Under the pieces are notes generated by a model. It made no database searches. It saw only the letters and a list, made by a program, of their open reading frames with translations, and was not told where the DNA came from. Positions 1-13,231 of a DNA stretch of 64,000 nucleotides are shown in pieces. The DNA lies in contig BFEA01000013.1 in the NCBI GenBank assembly GCA_003427395.1, positions 1,634,755 through 1,698,754 on the forward strand, given 5' to 3'. Position 1 is the stretch's first letter; every line of letters starts with the position of its first letter. The position numbers and the translations under genes are program-made. This DNA is from Chara braunii (taxonomy: Eukaryota > Plantae > Charophyceae).

Positions 1-1165
1 CACTAGACGAGTCGACATTAGATCCTGCTATACAAGCGCTTCGTAGCTCGCTCCTCTGCATGGCTGAAACGCAGGTTGTTCAGCAAGAGGTGTTGGTTGA
101 ACTAGTGGCGGGCCAGAAACAGATTTTGTCTGCACTATAGGCTCCTCGTCCATTGATGAGGCAGCCTCAGTTTGTTGTAGCTCCCCCTTCGGTTGCGGGT
201 CCCTCAGTGACGTCGTCGCCGGTAGGGCCCTTTTTCTCTCCTATGTTTGGCATGCCCCCTCCAGGTGGTTATGTGGCTACTAGTGGTCCGGTTCTTAGAG
301 CTTCAACAGTACCATCCACGACGGTGGTTACTACAGTCCCATCATAAGTGCAAGCTGGGGTTAGTGCACAGCAACCTGTCTCGGTGGCTATGCAGCCACT
401 GCAGCAATCTCCTGGGCCAATGCAGCCCATGCAGTGGATGCCTGAGATCCCATTGTTGAGTTCTAAACCTTTCTCTGGCGATAGGAAGAAGGACGAGGAC
501 TTGGATACCTGGGTGAGGATTGTGCCTACTTATGTGAGGCACAAGCGCACAAGGCCAGAGCAGGAGGTTATAGTTGTTGCCTCCTTTTTAGAGGGATCGC
601 CAGCACGTTGGTTAAACGGGGTAGTGCACCAGCAGGGTTATGGTCAGAACTCGACGCCTGGGCTTAGGCCCAGACATTGGAAGAGTTCATGTGGAGTGTG
701 TACAATAGGTGGCATGATCCCCAAGGGGCTCAGAAGGCCACCAACGTGATTAACAATCTTTGTGCCAAAAGGTACAAGAATGTACGCGAAGTCACAGACA
801 CCGTAGAACGTTTGATCGTAGTACCTGGTGTGTGTTTTGACCCACAAGTACTCCTCGTAGACTACTTGAGATGTCTACCCTCATAAGTTAGAACTAAGCT
901 GGTGGATGAGGCGTACATAGACCAACATAGCTTAGCTACTTTCAGCAAGAAAGCCTTAGATATAGAGGCAAAGCTTGGGTCCGCGCATTAGGGTCCAACA
1001 GATGGTAGGAGGAAGAAGTTTCCCCAAGATTGGAAGAAGAAGGGTCATTTAATGTTCGTCGACCCTGATGGTCAGATGACGGAAATTAACGAGTTCCCAG
1101 ATCTAGGGGATGAGACAGAGCATGATGGGGCCAGTGAGACTTTAGATGGAGTTGTGGCACCTATC
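1..1165 (+). pseudogene. Ty3/Gypsy gag fragment (degenerate), truncated by fusion to another element's LTR
   Basis: ORFs 348-749, 677-886 and 1052-1300 give gag capsid-like motifs (KPFSGDRKKDEDLDTW...ASFLEGSPARW), broken by stops and frameshifts. Confidence 0.75.
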
Positions 1166-1515
1166 AACTATGTGGCTATGGCCGCTTTCCCTCTCAGCGC
1201 ATTGCTTCCCTTCCAGGGCTCTCGCACATGCCACTCGCAGTTAGCGCACAAGCGCCTCAGCAGCACTTCCACACTTCTCACGAATGAGCCATCTATCTGA
1301 AATGTGCTGGTCCTTATATGGGGCCAACGAGACTTCAGATGGAGGAGTTGTGGCACCTATAAACTATGTGGCCATGGCCACTTTCCCTCTCAGCACATTG
1401 CTTCCCTTCCAGGGCTCTCGCACATGCCACTCGCAGTTAGCGCACAAGCGCCTCAGCATCACTTCCACACTTCTCACGAATGAGCCATCTATCTCAAATG
1501 TGCTGGTCCTTATAT
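1124..1515 (+). repeat. Diverged ~195-bp tandem duplication spanning the gag/LTR junction
   Basis: ggggcca..gagactt.agatgga..gttgtggcacctat.aactatgtggc...gtgctggtccttatat occurs at ~1124-1319 and ~1319-1515. Confidence 0.85.
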
Positions 1516-3647
1516 TGACTTGGACTCAGCCTGGACTCGTCCCAGCCTCTACTTCCTTTCGTTTGACTTGGAACCGGTACCAGATGCCCACGACCTGTTT
1601 GCTTCAAAATGTCAAGGCCTAGTACCTCCTTGAATTTCCCTTGGTGTGTTGCTGCTTGGGCCTGTGAGTCACGACTTTTCATTTGTGGGATACCACTCTT
1701 TGTCTATGAGACATGACCTTTGCCTGTGGGACACGACTTTTCACTATGGGATGTGACTTCTGCTTATGGAATGCAACCTTTGCCTCTGGGATGTGGCTGT
1801 TAACCAGGTGCCTGTAGGACTTGACCTCTGGGGCACCCGACTTAGCCTTTCTGAAACTGGCTGACTTGGCTTCTTGTGGCCTGGGATTTTGACCCTGAGA
1901 TACGAATTTGGGGTCTACATCATGGAGTGCCTTTCACTTTCACCGGACTAATTTTGAGGGCCTCCGAGATACAATCCTTATCTATCAACTATGTTGATTC
2001 CTCTTCTAGCCCTCTCATAGTAAGACAATATGTGCGGTGATGTTTCCTCTAGTAAACCAGCAATCTTCCGAAGGCTCTTGATAAGCAAATGTAATCTTAT
2101 ATTGTCGTTGGTGTCTGCCCCTGCGCCTAGATCTATAAACATCCTCTGCAACGATGCGGTCCACGTCATACTTGGCATCCATATCGGAAGGAAGCATAGA
2201 TCTTGGAGATGGAAATAGCTCATTGTTGACACAAGGGAGCAATTGAGATTCATGGAACACCGAGTACGTGTGCAAATGCGGAGGAATCTCAACAACATAG
2301 GAAGAATCATCCGCATCACCAATCACGTCGAGCATCTGCCACGGTCCCCTATACGCAGGCAATAACTTCTGCGAGATATTCTCCTCTGGGAGAAACTCTT
2401 TAGACTTTACCTAGACCAAATCCCCTACAACGAATTGCAAGGTCTGCGGTGTTTGTTTGATTGTTCTATCATCTGATGTTGTTCTCTCTTACCTTTTCTA
2501 AGTCTTTTTGATATTGTACAGCGAATTCTCTAGTCCCTAGAGGAAGTTTTTGTACTTGATCAGGGTTCAGATAATCAACGGGCCTGCGTGGGCACCATCC
2601 CACATGCAGTTCAGTGGGCGTTCTTGTTGCAGCTAAATGCACGGAATTGTTATAAGCACTAACGACCTTGGGCAAATTTTCAATCTGACCTGGCCGGATG
2701 TACATATGTAGCACTTGCTGTAACACTTTCTTCTTCTGCTCAGTCTGTCCATTTGTCTCAGGGTGTCTACCTGAGGACATTGTCAACTTGGACCCGTAGA
2801 CGCTCATAGGTTATTACCAGTGCTCGCTCGTGAATCTCGTAACGTTGTTATTTATAATAGTCAAAGGATGCCTCGTAGTCTTTCCCCCAATGATTGAAGA
2901 ACTCCCAAATTACGAGGTCTGTCCTAGCCTCAGCAGGGAGTGGTACAAAAACAACAAACTTGCTAAATTTATCCACAAACTTGACTCTTTTCATGCCTAC
3001 TTCTAACCTTAGTGTCCATAAAGAACTTCATGTGGTGTCGTTTGCACCTTATTAATCAACTGACTATAAACAGGATCACTAGCGTAAGCGGATATAATCT
3101 TCTCTTGCAACTCAGCCCCTGCATCCAAGTATGTTACAATGGCATCGAAGAAGTCAACTCGTCTACTTAGTGCATCAGCAATGACATTATACTTCCCCTT
3201 TACTGGCTTTAGTTCAAAGTCAAACTGATATATCTCCTCAGCCCACATAGTCAACTTTGGTCTCATCCGGGCAGGGTCTTTAGCCAGCGAGGTGTCTCAT
3301 GGTCTGAATAAACTTTGAAGTGTCGTCCTAGGAGGTAGTGTCACCAGTGATTCAAGGCTTCTCTAAGAGCAAACAACTCTCTCTCATACGTGGAAGCGAC
3401 GACCTTCTCACTAGGCAGTCTACAGGACATGAACTCAACGGGTCTGTACCCATTGCCGTCATTCTACTGGAGTACAACACCTATCCTGAATTGACTGGCA
3501 TCAGTGGTCATTATAAACAGCAAGGACGGATCAACGATTTTTAGAACCGGGTATTTTATCAAGCACTTCTTCATACGCTTAAAGGCGTAGGTACAGTCCT
3601 TATCCCATTTCCGGACTATCTCTTCCCTCAACAACCTACGCAACGAA

Positions 3648-4168
3648 GCAACTATTACAGTAAATTTTCGTATGAACTTGCAGTAGTAGTTGCCCAGACC
3701 AAGGAACGATCGTAGTTCCGTCAACGTACGCGGACTTGGTCAATCTCTAACTGCTGCTATCTTAGCGTCCTCCGGTTTAATTCCATCTCCATCCAATACA
3801 TGTCCCAAATACAATACTTGACGCTTAGCCCTCGCACACTTCTTCGGGTTCAACTTAAATTCAGCATCGCGCAACTTGCTTAGCACCAAACGAAGGTGTC
3901 ATTCGTGCAGCTATTACGGTAAAGTTTCGTACGAACTTGCAGTAGTAGTTGGCCAGACCAAGGAACGATCGTAGTTCCATCAACGTACACGGACTTGGTT
4001 AATCTCTAATGGTTGCTATCTTAGCGTCCTCCGATTTAATTCCATCTCTATGCAATACATGTCCCAAATACAATACTTGACGCTTAGCCCATTCACACTT
4101 TTTCGGGCTCAACTTGAATTCAACATCGCGCAACTTGCTTAGCACCAGACGAGGGTGTCGTTCGTGCT
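3648..4168. repeat. Diverged ~260-bp tandem duplication inside the RT/RNase H linker
   Basis: 3648-3908 and 3907-4168 align end to end (ctattac.gtaaa.tttcgta...tagcacca.acga.ggtgtc.ttcgtgc). Confidence 0.9.
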
Positions 4169-7100
4169 CCTCTAATGACTTACTGAAGATCAAAATACCA
4201 TCTTGGTAAACAACGACAAATTTGTATAACCACGCACGGAAGAGTTCATTCATACAATGCTGGAAGGTTGCAGGGGCGTTAGTCAACCTCAACGGCATGA
4301 CCACAAACTCGTAGTGGCCATATCGAGTTCGAAAGGTCGTCTTGTGTTGATCCTCAAGCAATACCTCAATTTGATGGTAGCCTGACTTCAAATCTATCTT
4401 AGAGAAATACTTACAACCCTGCACTCTATCCAGAAGGTCGTCTATTCGCGGTAATGGATGGGCATTTTTTATAGTAATTGCATTAAGGCCCCTATAGTTT
4501 ATACACATGCAGATCGCCTTCTTTCTTTGGCACAAACAAGACTGGTGCACCATACGGCGAGGAACTAGGCTTAATCCACCCTTTTTCTATTAGCTCATTC
4601 AATTGTCTGCGCAACTCATCGAGCTCTTTGGGAGACATCCAATAGATGGGGCCCTTGGGAATCCTGCTACCAGGTTCTATATCTATCTGGTGCTTGGTTT
4701 CCCTCTCAACTACTCCACTTGTGGACTCTCCCACATCAACGAACTTGTCCAATAGACTCTGCACATTGGGTGGTAAGGGTGCCTCTTCCTTTTTACCCTC
4801 AGTATCCAGTCTTACGTAGGCAATGAACACTTGCTTAGAAAGGTCATTCTTGACCACGTACGTGGCGAACGCGGGGGCACTCATACAACAAATGGCAACC
4901 TACTCTCTACACCGTACGCGTGAAATAACCCCAGTTTCATTTTCCCACCTGTGGGACTAGGCAACCGGTACTCGTGCTCACCCATCTTAATGTTTGCATA
5001 TGCGGCATTGCCCTAGTCAGTTCCAAGTATCATGCCGAAAGAAAGGCTATCCTTCACTACGAGTGCCAGGGACTGCAAAACTTTTTTTACCTTCCCCCCT
5101 GCCTCCAACCGGAAGTACGCCTTTGCAAAACTTTTTCTACCTTCCCCCTGCCTCCAACCGGAAGCACGCCTTGACCCCTTCAACATACTCACGTACTAAA
5201 ATATCTCTATTATCGGCCAACTTACTAATGATCTGCTCGTCTAACTGCTTCACTTTCATACCCAGGTGCATCTTCTGCAACCCTCTTCTACTACTATAAC
5301 CGCTTGTTAACCCGTTGGATACTAACGCGCCTTTCCTTTTTCTACTTACCTCTACATCTGCTATTATTAGCTGCCCCTTCGACTTCTTCTTCATTTTGGC
5401 CCAAGCGCAGCGACGAGTGATAAGCTCATCACCAATGCTTGCAACGGAGCCACCTAGAGAGGTCCTAACACAAGCAACCTCTTCACAGTTAGCTAGGCGG
5501 GGACCTACATCAGTCTATGCGGACCTTCGGACATGAGGGTGTTTGTTCAGCACGCGCTTCCATCTTCCTGTCTATGTCCAAAGTCCCCGTAGAGGCAATT
5601 GCAACCTCTGCTGGTCGTTCCCTTTTGGGTACCTGTACTCGGGACAGAAGGGAACAATGTGGTTGGGGTCACCACACTTAAAACATTGGTTGGCCTTGCG
5701 ACGTTCTTCCCAGACCTTCTCGTGTATACCCATGTGTTCCTAAGGTTTGCCTTCAGCTATCCGTGGGTGTGTTGGGTGCGGCCGCCAATTTCTACCACTA
5801 CCTCTACCCCCTATGAATGGAGAACCTCTAACACCTTGGGAGGGACCATAACCCCTACCTCCCATGTAGTAGCTACCTTCGCCACCACCCCTTTGGGAAG
5901 CGGGTCCTTGACCTCCACCTCGTCCGCGGCCTCTACCTTGTCGCCCTCCTCCACGGGCTGCAACCGCCGCATAGTCCCCTCCCCGGGCTACTTGGCTGTT
6001 GTTATCTTCTTCTAATTCGTAGTCTATCTGATCGTATAATAACGACTCTACACCTCTTTCTTCGAAGGTGACCAGCAGATTATCCTTACCCTCTATACTG
6101 TCGGATATAGTTTACTCTTCCACCTCTTGCCGACTTGCAGATCTTTCCAATAGTGGCAATAGGTTTCTAAACTTCTCATAATTCATCCCCTCTTCCTTAG
6201 TGTAGAGAAAAGGGGCTCTGGCAGTGCTCGAGCGAAGTTATTAAGAATCTGAGCGGGGGTTAGTCCATGGCCTGAGCATTGCAGCAGCTCGTCCATAATG
6301 GTGTTGAGTGCCAATGCACTCTTCCACTTGTGGTCATTAATGCTAAGGATGAGGTGTTCTGTTCGATGTCTAAAATTTTTGTCCTCGAAGCGGTCCTTCA
6401 GAGCCTTTAAAAAACCCTCTATCCTAGTTCGTTGTGAGTATTGCACCATTGAGGTACAGCCTGCCTCCTTCACTAACGAAATTGCAAAACTTGTTGCGTC
6501 TCCCCCTAGGCACGAACTTGCCATAAGTACGCGGTCCCAATACAAAATTAATTGCGCGTACAAGTACGTGTCCATTGCTGCCTCCCAATCAAAAATACTT
6601 TCCTCCCTCCTCCCAATATATGTTCAAGGGACCTTAACCTTCATCTTCTCTCTTCGTTCTCCTCCCTCAGACGTACCTTCATCACCTTTCCTCTCACCAT
6701 CCTTTCTAGGCCCCTTCCCTTTCTTATTGTCACCATCATCTCCACCATCACCACCTCCTAAGGCTACAAACGCGATTCAGTTTCTGGGTGAAAAGTTTGT
6801 CTAATTGATGGAGGTAGTCAAGGATCCTTTTGTCTACCATGTGGGAGAAAGCACTAGGGAAATTGTTCCATGTGCCCTGGAATTCCTCCTGGTGCCGTTC
6901 TACGTTCCCAACGGATCTTTGCAGCGCAGCCAGTTCTTGGGTGGTGTGCAGCAGTATGTTAGTGAGGAGGCCCAAATTTTCTTTGACATCAAGTTCCTTT
7001 CCTTTCTGCTCTTTCAGCAAGGCCAGAAGCCTTTCCCCTTCCTCGTTCAATCTCTTCTCTTCATACTCCTTCCTTTTCTGCAAAACCAAACGCTGGTCAA

Positions 7101-7180
7101 GGGTGCTCCTCCTCTCCTCATCATCTGCCGCATATGCCATCTTTTTGGTGAATGTATTTTTTTCTTGCTCCGATACCAAT

Positions 7181-8820
7181 TGCATTGAGCCTCACTGCTC
7201 GTCACCTTGAGCACACACACACAGTGAGAGAGACACGAAATTCACACTGGAGACCAGAGATGCAAAGTCAAAAATAGTGCAGCTTAGAAATTCCAACAAA
7301 CAAACTGGGTAAAAGTACCCAGCTACAGCAGTACAGGACACAGAAGGGGACACAAGGAGAAGAAAAGAAGACAGGTATGCTAAGGAACATCTGGAATGAA
7401 AGAGGCAGCAGAAGGATGGGATACCACTACGACAAATGGGGGAGGGTTTAGGGTTCAAGGCGTTTAAACAGCTGATAAGGAGCCAACAAAGGGTTTAGAA
7501 TATAAGGGCCGAGTCAATGGATACAGACCGAAGATGGGGGCTGCTAGGACGGAGTATAGCAAAGGTCCACAGGGGGCAGGCGGCTCGCCAGAAAATAAGG
7601 GGGTTCAGATTTTGCTGAGGGGTGGATCGGGGTTTTGAAGGAGCTAGATCCTTTCTTGGTAGCCAGGTTTTATTCGGCAGGTCTCTATAACAGAACTGAG
7701 AGGAAAGGGTATAGCAAGGCAAGCTGACAGTCCATCCTCCATATAGATGGAGCAATCAATGCTGGTCAGGGGTCCTTCGGCCGCACGGAAGGAAGCGTGG
7801 GTATGTAGTTACGTTGTATCCTTGTTCTGACTTGCCGGTGGAATAGGAACCGGACTGATGCTCCCCAGAATGGAAAAGGAGCCAGGCCCATAAGGTCCTG
7901 TTTGAAGAGGGGGAGGGGGGGGGGGGGGGGGGGGGGGAGGGAAGGGGGAAATTCCAACAAATTATCATATTAAACAGTTCGGAGTTCCAGTCACCAAGCA
8001 CTCAACAGCGCAGAGTTCAGCAAACCGTATCCAGCATCCTCATCCAGGGTAGGTGACTCGCTGCTCTCTCTGTCTCACTCTCTCTCTCATTGTCTTCTTC
8101 ATGCATGTCCTCTCTCTCTCTCCCTCTCACTCTCTCTCTACACTTGAGGATCTTGACTCTGGATACATCCGCTACTACTTAGCTTTATCTCCTACTATTA
8201 ACTATGTGGCTATGACTGCCTTCCCTCTCAGCACAGTGCTTCCCTTCCAGGGCTCTCGCACATGCCACTCGCAGTTGGCGCACAAGCACCTCAGCAGCAC
8301 TTCCACACTTCTCACGAATGAGCCATTTGTTTGAAATATGGCTGGCCAGTCCTTATATTGATTTGGACTCAGCCTGGACTCGTCCCAGCCTCTGCTTCCT
8401 TTAGCTTGACTTGGAACCGGTACCACATGCCCACGGCCTATTTGCTTCAGAATGCTGAGGCCTGGTACCTCCCTGAATTTCCCGTGGTGTGCTGCTGCTT
8501 GGGCCTGTGAGTCGCGACTTTTCATTTGTGGGATACCACTCTTTGTCTATGAGACATGACCTTTGCCTGTAGAACATGCCTTTTGACTTCGAGATGTGAC
8601 TCTTGTCTGCGGGACAACGACTTTTCACCGTGAGATGTGACTTCTGCTTATGGAATGCAACCTTTGCCTCTGGGATGTGACTGTTGACCAGGTGCCTGTT
8701 GGACTTGACCTCTGGGGCACCTGACTTAGCCTTTCTGAAACTGGCCAACTTGGCTTCTTTTTGCCTGGGATTTTGACACTGAGAGACGAATTTGGGGTCT
8801 ACATTGAGGAGTGCCTTTCA
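7181..8820 (-). repeat. 5' LTR (~1.64 kb) of the minus-strand Gypsy element
   Basis: TG...CA ends on the minus strand; abuts the PBS; first ~620 nt repeated at 1357-1936. Confidence 0.8.
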
Positions 8821-9454
8821 CCTGTATCCGACGTCCTGATTGCATTAACAGAGCAGCGGTGTCTATGGTGTGCAAACGGCCCACCCCTGTGCCAAGGTAA
8901 TGCAGAGCAAGCCAGCCCCGTCTGTACTATTTTTATCCTCGCGTACATGGCTGGTTGATTTTCCCGCTGGAGTATCTTTAACGACGATCCGGTACAAGTC
9001 TACCCCCATAAGGCTGACTCACCCCAGACCCCTCTATGGGCATCAAGAGCTCAAAGGACAATGCGGCAAAGCATGCGTGCTCTACTCCCTGGGGTTGGCA
9101 TGGTGACTATGACCCGTGCTTCGTCCAGGGCCCTTCAGAGGCACCGCCCTCTCCCACCAGATGCGCCACCAGGAAGAATGTCGACTCTCAAGGTAGAGCG
9201 CTCATGACTCTTGAACCAGAAGAGGACTCTCAAGCCGAACTCTCTTCCTCACGGTAAGAAGAGAATGAGATGGGAAGATAAGGTAAGGGAACAACGTACC
9301 TCAAGATTGCTGCCCCCTAACCACAGATTTCTCACCAATTGAGCTGACGTGCATTTTGATGACCGGTCATAGCCTCGGTACGACACACAATGCCATGCAG
9401 TGCCACCTCAGCCAAAATGCCACGCCAGCATGCCCTCATCATTCCACATACACT

Positions 9455-9640
9455 GGGACGAAAAAAAGAATACTATCCCAACCGAGGTGAACAAGCTATT
9501 CAACAACAAGATATTGAAAGCTCTAAAGCATGGTTCAATCAAGCTGCCGAATACTGGAAACAAGCTATTCAATTAGCTCCTGGTAATTACATTGACGCAC
9601 AAAATTGGTTAAAGATTACAGGTCGTATTTAGTTTTTTTA
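9455..9640 (+). pseudogene. ycf3: Nuclear plastid DNA insertion: ycf3 terminal exon (9483-9632) with the 3' end of the upstream group II intron
   Basis: Translation [49 protein letters not shown] matches the Ycf3 C-terminus. It is preceded by ctatcccaac, a group II intron-like 3' end. AT-rich relative to its flanks. Confidence 0.92.
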
Positions 9641-9793
9641 GTTTACCTGATGCCGCCATAGCCTTCCAGCCATGCTTCCCTCTACCCGGGAATGACCAAC
9701 CATGCCAGCATCAAAGTATCCTTACTGCGTAGAAGCTTCGTCAGCACACCAAGTAACCAAGACACCAGCGCCAGTATGGCAATATCTGAACCA

Positions 9794-10807
9794 GCTCTGA
9801 TACCAAATTGCATGGAAAATGAGCGAGTGCGGTAGACAGGAAACCAAATTGCGAAATCACGCTGTAGTCCAGATAGTCTTGTACCAAGCAGAAAGCACAA
9901 TGCACCGAAATACCAGCCAAATAAGTGCAATACAGTGAACTCAATTGTCGGCACTCTCTCGCCACATCAGCATGGTATCCAATGTCGCTCTTTCAGGTTG
10001 GCGCTCAGCGCCAAGCCTATCCTACTCAGCCTATCTAGCCTACACTATGTTCATGCAACAGGAGTCACTTCAAGTTGAAGACAAATGTACGTGACGGCGT
10101 CGCCAATGCAGACTGCCAGCATACACCAGGTATGTGCCTCCTCTCTCTCCCACCTCACCCTTGTCTTCTCCCACAGTGTGCTCCCCTTCACCCAAAGGAC
10201 ACCATCGCCCAACGGCATCCCCGAGAGCAGGCCTGGCTATGGCCGCTCGTGCCCGTTGTCGCCACAGCGCCCTCTGCCCGCTAGCGCCCAGGCAGCCTCC
10301 TGCTATCAGAGCAGCAGCATCGCTGCCCGGTCGTGCAACGCCAGAATGTCCCCCGGGCTGGGCACTCACCTTCCTGCATGGAAAGTGAGTCTGCTTTGCA
10401 GCAGCCATGGGTCTGGCGTTTGTGTCCCAGTAGCTCACGTTGGGCCAAAGTGTCTGCGCCCAGGCCCCTTTCAGACGGTTGCCTGGGTGTGCAGCATAGA
10501 AGTGCGGCCAACCACTCAGGCTCGCTGTGAGGTGTTCCCTGCTTGCTGATTGGTCGAGCGGCCAGCTTCCACATCCATCCCTGGAAGGGCCGAGGCTCAG
10601 GGAATATTCCAATGCTCTCGAGATGGGCCTGAATAACCAACTGGCGCATGGTAACTGTCTGGCGCCAAATGATGCAGCAATGGAGAAAATGGGGCCCCAT
10701 ATGAAAATAAGGCTCGCCTTCACTTAGGGTGTGCACGCTGCATGCGAGGGCCCCCTTGGGCAGGGACGCCGCAGCCTAGCGGCCTTTGTGAGGGCTTAAT
10801 CCTCGCA
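9794..10807 (-). mobile_element. LTR (10807->9809) plus tRNA-iMet PBS of a truncated Gypsy element
   Basis: Starts TGCGAGG and ends CCATGCA, followed by an exact TGGTATCAGAGC (9805->9794). Homologous to the solo LTR at 11572-12652. Confidence 0.8.
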
Positions 10808-11488
10808 ATAGTAGCAAATGATTTATATGTATGTATCCACATGTACATGTTTGCTATTTCATCTTCAGGTGCTGATCTATCCACGGTATTGAAGATTTCA
10901 ATGTGATCTGGTCTATCGCCCGTCTATGAAGTCCTGTACTTTTTTCTCTTATCGAAAGGGCAACGGCCTTGAGATATCATCATCGTCACAGACCGGCGCC
11001 AGGAAATTCACGAATTCCATTTGTCTGGTTCCATCTGCATTCATGTCTGCGTTTCAAGAGTTCATGGGGGTTCTGATATGCTTGTCTAACTTGTAAGAAC
11101 CAACGAAATCTGATACATCGCAATATACACAAATACACAATTCATTCCATTTTTTTTTCCTTTCTAGGAGCATTATGATCTGCTGCTAAAATGATTCCTT
11201 TGAAGTTTTCAATTGGTGCAACCAATCTTTCGGGTGTACGCATGTTTCTGCAATGTTCGTTGTTGTTGACGGATTGGATCATCCTTTTGTTCCCGTGATT
11301 TGTTGGGATGCAGACAAACCGTGAATTGAAGAGGAAGCTTCGTGAAGTTATGGCGGCTATGGAGGCAGAGAGATCGGTGAGTGGTTAGATCGGATGGAGG
11401 ATCGTCCTCCAGTCGTCATTCAGAAGGGAGATCTTGCTCCACATGTCATGCAGCACTGAGATCTAGTAAGATGTATGACTAAACACAT

Positions 11489-12691
11489 ACATATATATCG
11501 TAAAACAGAGCTTCCCGGTAAACCGTGGGCAGAGAGGGAGGAGAGGACAACAGACAAGGGGCTGTGACAAATGTGAGGAATGACCCCTCAAGGGGCCCTA
11601 TCAGACATCGCATGTTCTGGGCTAAGGCCCCAGCAAGCCAAGTGCCCGCCCTATAAGTGAAGGCGGGCCTGAATATTCGTCACAGGCCAAAATTCGACAT
11701 TTCCATATGTGGGTATTCAGGCTCTTGCAGCGCGTCAGTTGGTTGAGTGAACGCGAGTCTCACTAAGCTGCGTCGTACAGTTGGCCCAGGCCACGAAAGT
11801 TGTGCCTGGGCACCTACACACAGCAGGGCCGATACATTGAGAAGCAGGCCGTCGGCCTTTGGAAAAGCAGTACAGCCGACGCATCTACCTGGGGGCCCTG
11901 CGCAGATGCAGCTAACAGCCCAAGTCCGGAGACTCAGGCCGCGCCCAACTGTAAAGGGCCCAGGCCCTCAACTGTAAGTCTCGGCCTGGGAACAGGGTCT
12001 GTGGCCCAACCGGAAGCTACTGGAAGCTTCCAGCCAGACCACACACAGCATCCAGCAGGCTGCCACTTCCATAAAGGAAGCGAGGCAGCCCAGGCGAGGA
12101 TGCTGGCCAGCGATAGCTATGCGGAAGTGCTGCTGCGCTCTCGCTTGATGCTGCGCTGCTGCCAAGGGCGCTGACGGGGCGCGAGAGGTGAGGTGGGGCA
12201 CTGCAGGGCAGCGGGGCGCAGGCANCCATAGCCGGGCTGCTGGGCGCCAGGGGGTACAGCGGATGATCGGGTGGTCTTCAGGGAGTGAGGCGCTGTGTGG
12301 GATAATCAAGGTCTGATTGAGGGTGACGAGATACGTACCTGGTACATGAAGAGAGGTCGCCGATGGTGTGGACAGTCATGTACATTGGTCTTCGTGAGCC
12401 GAAGTGATCCTGTTGTGTGAACCAGCTGTAGAGTAGGATAGTGTGGTAGAGTAGGCTGGGCGCTGTGCGCCAGACAGAGAGAGCGACTCTGGATACTGTG
12501 TTGGCGTGGCCTACGGGCTTGGACATTGGCTCAATACTTCACTGTATTGCTCTTTATGGATGGTTTTCTCGGTGCATTTGTACTCCACTTGCTCAGCTGT
12601 GTGATTTCGCAACTTGGTTTTATGTATGTCGCTCACACTCATATTCCTTGCACAAACTGTTTCGTAGGAGTTTCACCGACTCAGCAGGAGG
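11489..12691 (-). mobile_element. Hammerhead repeat family 1, 5'-truncated copy split by the solo LTR (11489-11571 and 12657-12691)
   Basis: Reverse complement reads cctcCTGCTGAgtcggtgaaactcctacGAAacagtttgtcacagcccc...cggtttaccggg..acgatatat; the core is mutated. Confidence 0.85.
11572..12652 (+). mobile_element. Solo LTR with 4-bp TSD (CAAA) inserted into a hammerhead repeat
   Basis: TGTGAGG...CCTTGCA with CAAA at 11568-11571 and 12653-12656. Removing it restores gctgtgacaaactgtttcg of the ribozyme repeat. Confidence 0.85.
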
Positions 12692-12804
12692 TATATATTT
12701 TGACAATATAACGGTTTACCGGGCAGTTCTATTTGATTGACGATATATATATCGCATATATATGTTTTGCTTGCTTGTGATGGGGTGTGAACCGACAGTC
12801 TCTA

Positions 12805-13196
12805 GAGTTTTCCATCTGGTGTGGGTTAGTGATAGTCTGCTTTGATTTCCGTCACAGTTGAGGGCAGTGGTTGGTGCCCACCTCAGGGTATCAGTTGTCG
12901 GGCAGTCGTTGATGCTTAACCACAGTCGGGGTTAAGGTGGATTATCACTTACAGTGTAATCAGTTAGGGGATTCTGCAGACTGTTGACGGTTCAGCCTCC
13001 TGATGAGTCGGTGAAACTCCGACAAAACAGTTTGTCACAGCCCCTCGTTTGTTGTCCTCTTCTCCTTCTCTGCCTACGGTTTACCGGGCAGCTCTGTTTG
13101 ACTCTCTCTCTCTCTCCCTCTCTGTCACAGCCCCTCGTTTGTTGTCCTCTTCTCTCACTCTGCCTACGGTTTACCGGGCAGTTCTGTTTGTGACGA

Positions 13197-13200
<4 letters not shown>
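12805..13200 (+). mobile_element. Hammerhead repeat family 1, long copy plus duplicated 3' tail
   Basis: 12805-13102 aligns with the reverse complement of 24411-24680; the 3' tail is repeated at 13123-13199. Confidence 0.88.
12976..13035 (+). ncRNA. Type III hammerhead ribozyme, probably inactive (G12->A, stem I mismatch)
   Basis: gcagactgtt gacg gttcag cctc CTGATGA gtcgg tgaaact ccgac AAA acagtttgt. Confidence 0.8.

Positions 13201-13231
<31 letters not shown>

Larger units (their letters stand above)
1357..8820 (-). mobile_element. Degenerate Ty3/Gypsy (chromovirus-like) LTR retrotransposon with truncated 3' LTR
   Basis: 5' LTR 8820->7181 (TGAAAGG...ATGCA). PBS TGGTATCGGAGC at 7178->7167. 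gag 7185-6183. CX2CX4HX4C knuckle ~5644-5685. Protease-region ORF 5137-5394. RT (LPRIDDLL, KIDLKSGYHQI) 3999-4884. RNase H (TTDAS) 3464-3724. Integrase and chromodomain 2015-2807. The 3' LTR copy 1936->1357 matches 8820->8195. Confidence 0.9.
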
